From IMG/VR virus record IMGVR_UViG_3300045988_135886: a DNA stretch of 64,000 nt, one strand, 5' to 3'. The notes under the pieces were generated by a model. That model had not been told where the DNA came from. It did no database searches and was given only the letters and a program-made list of their open reading frames with translations. Below are positions 60,488-64,000 of the stretch, in pieces. Positions within the stretch are counted from its first letter, which is position 1. Every line of letters starts with the position of its first letter. The stretch is from a virus. A program made the position numbers and the translations under genes.

Positions 60488-60804
60488 TTTGAAAACCTCC
60501 TTGATATGATTAATTCTTTAAGATTTTTGGGGTATTTTGTCCAAATTAAATCTTTATCTTTGTATTTCATTTCATAAGTAAGTCCATTTACAGTTGACTT
60601 ATATAGAGCTTTTATAGAGCAAATGCCACGAATAGTGCTCAAATTTTCATCGTAATTACTGCCTATCATAAAACCATCAGGTCCAATAATACAAAAATCT
60701 TGACTGCCATAATTCGCCGTCTCGCAATCGGTAAGAACAAGATAGCTTCCTGCTGGTGTGACAGCTATCATTCCAGACCGGAGCTTCTTTCTTAAATCAA
60801 CCAT
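60484..60804 (-). CDS. Larger paralog carrying the L-I-x-R-R tail (array C)
   Basis: 106 aa ending ...PKNLKELIISRRFSK. Confidence 0.6.
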   Translation of the reverse strand: MVDLRKKLRSGMIAVTPAGSYLVLTDCETANYGSQDFCIIGPDGFMIGSNYDENLSTIRGICSIKALYKSTVNGLTYEMKYKDKDLIWTKYPKNLKELIISRRFSK

Positions 60805-61042
60805 GCTGCCTCCTTTCTATTAGTGTACGGACAGATGAAATAAGTTTCAGGTCTTCAGCATAGCTCCACCAATAGTGGTAATCTGAGCCACCATTTCCAT
60901 TGTGTAATGAAATGTTTTCTTTATAGTAATAGACTAAATATTGGAATGGTTCTCCAAGATCTTTGTCAATATCTTCTATCTGTCCTATACCGTAATATTT
61001 ATGATATATGTCACCTATATTTAATTCTTTAGGATGTTGCAT
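60797..61042 (-). CDS. Small Tudor/SH3-like paralog with tail (array C)
   Basis: NIGDIYHKYYGIGQIEDI...YHYWWSY...VRTLIERRQHG. Confidence 0.65.
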   Translation of the reverse strand: MQHPKELNIGDIYHKYYGIGQIEDIDKDLGEPFQYLVYYYKENISLHNGNGGSDYHYWWSYAEDLKLISSVRTLIERRQHG

Positions 61043-61265
61043 TTCTTCTCCTTTCTATTAGCTTGCACAAAGACACTGAACGGACAAGAGTAAGTGAACT
61101 TCTGAAGCACCACCAATAGCGACAATCTGGGCCTCTATCGTTGCCATTATACAAACGGTTATTTTCTTTATAAAAATAAACTAGATATGGCGCTGAGGAA
61201 GATCTAATATCTATTATTCTTCCCATACCAGAATTGCTTCGCCATACTATATCACCTATTTTCAT
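61029..61265 (-). CDS. Small Tudor/SH3-like paralog with tail (array C)
   Basis: MKIGDIVWRSNSGMGRIIDI...CRYWWCF...LCKLIERRRNATS. Confidence 0.65.
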   Translation of the reverse strand: MKIGDIVWRSNSGMGRIIDIRSSSAPYLVYFYKENNRLYNGNDRGPDCRYWWCFRSSLTLVRSVSLCKLIERRRNATS

Positions 61266-61495
61266 TGTTGCCTCCTCTCTATTAATGATGCCAGCGGAGG
61301 AAGGTACTTCATTCTTTTAATGTCGTCAGAACCAAACCACCAACCATGGTTGTCTGGACAGGAACCTGGCTCTATTGCACCATCATGTAGGTTATCATTT
61401 GCTTTGAAAAAGTACACAAGTTCACTACTGCCAGGTCTGAATTTTATAACTTTGCCTAACCCATAAAATGGGTCTTTAATGTATTCTCCTATCAT
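61262..61495 (-). CDS. Small Tudor/SH3-like paralog with tail (array C)
   Basis: MIGEYIKDPFYGLGKVIKF...NHGWWFG...LASLIERRQQ. Confidence 0.65.
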   Translation of the reverse strand: MIGEYIKDPFYGLGKVIKFRPGSSELVYFFKANDNLHDGAIEPGSCPDNHGWWFGSDDIKRMKYLPPLASLIERRQQ

Positions 61496-61737
61496 TTGCC
61501 TTGCCTCTTTTCTATGAAATGTCTCAATGGTTTCTTGTGTAAGAGCTTGATTTCATCTTTTCTGTAAACCGTACAGTCTACAACAATTCTATCATCAATT
61601 GAGCCACTATATAAAAATATTTTATTGTAGGAATGACTATAAGTGACTACATAAGGGTAAAAGACTATACCCCTATACCATATCAGCTTTCCTATTTTAT
61701 CTTTACGATTATATACATATATGTTCTGCATAGTCAT
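61492..61737 (-). CDS. Small paralog with tail (array C)
   Basis: ...KIGKLIWYRGIVFYPY...PLRHFIEKRQGK; start is ATG 61737 or 61731. Confidence 0.6.
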   Translation of the reverse strand: MTMQNIYVYNRKDKIGKLIWYRGIVFYPYVVTYSHSYNKIFLYSGSIDDRIVVDCTVYRKDEIKLLHKKPLRHFIEKRQGK

Positions 61738-61964
61738 TCCTTTCTCTTGGTGATCAGATCAATCAGCGGTCTCTTCCTGAGAAACTTGATATGTTCTTTG
61801 CCATAGCAGAGAGCGTTAGTTAGATATCTTCCTTCATAGTATCCAGAGTAAAAGTTTGAATCATGTTTATAATGGTCTACTATGTAGTGAGAGTGCCATA
61901 ATGATCCGTCATAAAAATTTAATTTACCTAAACCATTAGGTGTCTTTACATAAATATGTCTCAC
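61734..61964 (-). CDS. Small paralog with tail (array C)
   Basis: GTG start behind AAAGGAGAA; TPNGLGKLNFYDG...PLIDLITKRKE. Confidence 0.6.
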   Translation of the reverse strand: MRHIYVKTPNGLGKLNFYDGSLWHSHYIVDHYKHDSNFYSGYYEGRYLTNALCYGKEHIKFLRKRPLIDLITKRKE

Positions 61965-62146
61965 CGTTGTTCTCCTTTCCTGCGTAAAATCGCTTCATAA
62001 AGAGTATTATGAACCAATAATGGTTCTACTATTTTTTTAGGAAAGTCAAAAATATAATTTCCATGTAGAAATTCTACAGTATATTTATTATTTGACTCTT
62101 TGGACACATAGCCCAGTCCTATTAATGTTGTATAAATTATTTTCAT
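61961..62146 (-). CDS. Small paralog with tail (array C, first member)
   Basis: SD AGGAGGTAAAC; LIGLGYVSKES...TLYEAILRRKGEQR. Confidence 0.6.
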   Translation of the reverse strand: MKIIYTTLIGLGYVSKESNNKYTVEFLHGNYIFDFPKKIVEPLLVHNTLYEAILRRKGEQR

Positions 62147-62188
62147 GTTTACCTCCTAATCGAATCATAGCAAACATCTGTTCCCTTG

Positions 62189-62413
62189 TCAAGCATCTAT
62201 ATAACAGAAACTTCCGGTTCCTGTATCTACAGTGCAACAAGCATGTTCATATTTCATTATCAGACGATTAAATTTCTCTTCTGACATAGGGGTCTTCACT
62301 TTGAATGGATGCGCCCAAGGTGAATTCACTTGCATTCTATTCGGAAGCAAATATACAGGATTCCCTGCAACAAGTGCTTTTTGTGCTTCTCTTCTGGTTA
62401 CTTTCTTTAACAT
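62189..62413 (-). CDS. Hypothetical small protein
   Basis: 74 aa, SD AGAAAGGAAAC. Confidence 0.5.
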   Translation of the reverse strand: MLKKVTRREAQKALVAGNPVYLLPNRMQVNSPWAHPFKVKTPMSEEKFNRLIMKYEHACCTVDTGTGSFCYIDA

Positions 62414-62519
62414 ATTGTTTCCTTTCTAAGCAGCATAGTTAAACATCTTGGAGGAAAACGGGTAACCCTAGATTTCATGCTACCCTTTTTGAGTAATTCA
62501 AGATGCTTAAATATACTGC

Positions 62520-62852
62520 TTATGCAGTATATTGTGATAATTGGTCTAATGTGCCAACATAGTGAGCGTCTACAATTTCATCGTCATAGACTTCATCAGT
62601 TCCGTTGGAGTTCATGATGCAAGATGCAAGGTCATTAATAGACCAACAGTCTTCTGCGTCAGCGTACCAAGAGAACTGATTTCCATTGGCAGTTGTCATA
62701 GTAATCAGATCCGTATCTTCCATGTGCTCAACCTCTGTTACTATTCCAGTCAGAGGATATAGGTCTTTGTATTCTCCATCTGTTGTTGGAGCTGCTGATA
62801 CTGGGGTTGCTATCATCATAGTTGTTAATACTACTGCTAATAATTTCTTCAT
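62520..62852 (-). CDS. Secreted acidic protein
   Basis: Signal peptide MKKLLAVVLTTMMIATPVSAAP. Confidence 0.65.
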   Translation of the reverse strand: MKKLLAVVLTTMMIATPVSAAPTTDGEYKDLYPLTGIVTEVEHMEDTDLITMTTANGNQFSWYADAEDCWSINDLASCIMNSNGTDEVYDDEIVDAHYVGTLDQLSQYTA

Positions 62853-62878
62853 GATTTTTATTTCCTTTCTTATATATC

Positions 62879-63079
62879 TTATATAACTACTATAAATTTA
62901 TAGATATCTACATACTGGTCTAACTGATATACAGGTGCCTTATCAAAGATAGGCAACAGTCTATCAATAATATCTTGGTATTGCTTTGTGAGTTCTGCTA
63001 AGATAGCTTCATACACTACGTTTGACAACTCACAGAATTTCAAAGTCATAATCTCTTGTATTGTGTATACGTTATTCAT
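62879..63079 (-). CDS. Hypothetical small protein
   Basis: 66 aa, SD AAAGGAGGAA. Confidence 0.5.
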   Translation of the reverse strand: MNNVYTIQEIMTLKFCELSNVVYEAILAELTKQYQDIIDRLLPIFDKAPVYQLDQYVDIYKFIVVI

Positions 63080-63094
63080 AACAGAATTCCTCCT

Positions 63095-63328
63095 TTAGAT
63101 AAAATTCACTATCTCTCTTGCAAGATAGCTATACATAACAGACACTGAAATTCTGTGCCAGTTTCCATTCTGAAACATTAACACAGGAATATTCATAGGA
63201 TCCTTTGGACGTTCAATACATATGAACTGAAGTCCATTGCCTCTAATAAATAAGGCTCCTTTAGGTACTGTGTAACCCAAAAGAGCCTCTTTCCGTTGTA
63301 TTCTGACAGTTGTATATTTGTATGTCAT
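63095..63328 (-). CDS. Hypothetical small protein
   Basis: 77 aa, ATGA overlap with the RHH gene. Confidence 0.5.
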   Translation of the reverse strand: MTYKYTTVRIQRKEALLGYTVPKGALFIRGNGLQFICIERPKDPMNIPVLMFQNGNWHRISVSVMYSYLAREIVNFI

Positions 63329-63510
63329 TGTGATTCCTCCAATTTTTCTTTAATCAATGCCCGGATGAGTCCTGCTTTGGAATATCCATGTTCTTCGCAA
63401 TATGCTTCAAGCGCTTCTGCTTCCTTAATAGGCATTGACAGTTTCACTTGTCTGTAGTTATTATCGAAATATTTTTTACTTGCTCTCTTCTGAGCTTCTG
63501 ATACTGCCAT
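63325..63510 (-). CDS. Ribbon-helix-helix (CopG/Arc-like) DNA-binding protein
   Basis: SEAQKRASKKYFDNNYRQVKLSMPIKEAEALEAYCEEHGYSKAGLIRALIKEKL fits the beta-alpha-alpha RHH pattern. Confidence 0.5.
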   Translation of the reverse strand: MAVSEAQKRASKKYFDNNYRQVKLSMPIKEAEALEAYCEEHGYSKAGLIRALIKEKLEESQ

Positions 63511-63523
63511 TTCTTTTCTCCAA

Positions 63524-63551
63524 TAAAAAAGACACCTCTTTCGAGATGTCT
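63524..63551 (-). terminator. Rho-independent terminator
   Basis: Minus strand AGACATCTC-GAAA-GAGGTGTCT (9 bp, one G-U) followed by TTTTTATTGG, directly after the stop at 63551. Confidence 0.7.
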
Positions 63552-63751
63552 TAGTCTGCGCAAAGCACTCCTATTTTAGACCATGAGGCTGGTCCTCTGT
63601 CTACTATAGTACACAAGTCTGGATGAAATTCATGCGGCATAAAAATTTTATCAATCCAATTGTCCGCTGCTACTTCATCTATAAAGTAAGTTTCCGTTGT
63701 GTATTCTACAGTAGTATACGGTACTCTATGTAATATACTAACGTAATACAT
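63551..63751 (-). CDS. Hypothetical small protein
   Basis: 66 aa, SD AAAAGGAGAG. Confidence 0.5.
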   Translation of the reverse strand: MYYVSILHRVPYTTVEYTTETYFIDEVAADNWIDKIFMPHEFHPDLCTIVDRGPASWSKIGVLCAD

Positions 63752-63754
63752 ATA

Positions 63755-63973
63755 TCACTCTCCTTTTGTCCCTATTTTAGTTCCATCTGGGAAATCAAAG
63801 GAACAGTTAAATTCTGCTCCCATACAACGAGCTATTTCTTGAAGTTCATCAAGAGTGAATTTGCCTCTCTGGATTCTTTTAGATATATTCTGTTGAGTTA
63901 CTCCCAAACGAGCACCAAGTTCCGTTTTGCTCATGTTTGCCTTGGCTAAGGCTGGATTAATAATTCTCTGCAT
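63755..63973 (-). CDS. XRE/Cro-type helix-turn-helix regulator
   Basis: MSKTELGARLGVTQQNISKRIQRGKFTLDELQEIARCMG; SD GTAGGAGGTA. Confidence 0.75.
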   Translation of the reverse strand: MQRIINPALAKANMSKTELGARLGVTQQNISKRIQRGKFTLDELQEIARCMGAEFNCSFDFPDGTKIGTKGE

Positions 63974-64000
63974 AGGTTTATACCTCCTACAGAGATTATA

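Noticed and set aside
62440-62480. Terminator after the secreted-protein gene (GGGTA-N16-TACCC with short T-runs on both strands)
   Set aside because: The stem is only 5 bp with a 16-nt loop, too weak to call. It is noted only as a possible structure.

Overview
The window is an AT-rich, densely packed, almost entirely minus-strand gene train of about 125 genes. Many junctions are ATGA or TAATG start/stop overlaps with Firmicutes-style AGGAGG Shine-Dalgarno (SD) sites. This looks like the early/middle, non-structural region of a large tailed phage or phage-plasmid of a low-GC Gram-positive host. No capsid, tail or lysis genes were recognised. All functions are assigned from motifs read by eye, not from searches. 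Modules, by coordinate: (1) replication and recombination at 1-7400: primase, DnaB-like helicase, Sak4-like ATPase, putative SSB, HD protein, RNA ligase. (2) a membrane/calcium stress block at 11156-18355: SPFH, PspA/IM30-like, TerD, vWA, and a full-length P-type Ca2+-ATPase. (3) an NAD+/ADP-ribose island at 20861-28467: NadE fusion, macro domain, HAD, NAMPT-like, Prs-like, PncA. NADAR (12708) and NAD-dependent LigA (33693) lie outside it, and no NMNAT was seen. (4) a tRNA island at 28492-30840: Leu-UAG, Met/Ile2-CAU, Gln-UUG and one aberrant tRNA-like gene. (5) a kinase-HD plus AAA+ operon behind tandem consensus promoters. (6) a tyrosine-recombinase / DGQHR (ParB-fold) / degenerate recombinase-like cassette. 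(7) five paralogs with the invariant N-terminus MK[IL]RxGFVTNSSSSS[FY], at two loci. (8) twenty small paralogous genes in three tandem arrays that share a C-terminal L-x-x-L-I-x-R-R tail; the tail codons double as the SD of the next gene. One array encloses a radical-SAM/SPASM-like gene and a membrane J-domain gene. (9) the only credible plus-strand cassette at 10800-11098: consensus promoter, strong SD, a 51-aa hydrophobic peptide and a terminator, resembling a type I toxin or a moron. Other non-coding signals: a conserved 18-nt box at four sites, 12 contiguous heptad repeats, two tRNA-like minihelices, and hairpins immediately 5' of every tRNA.
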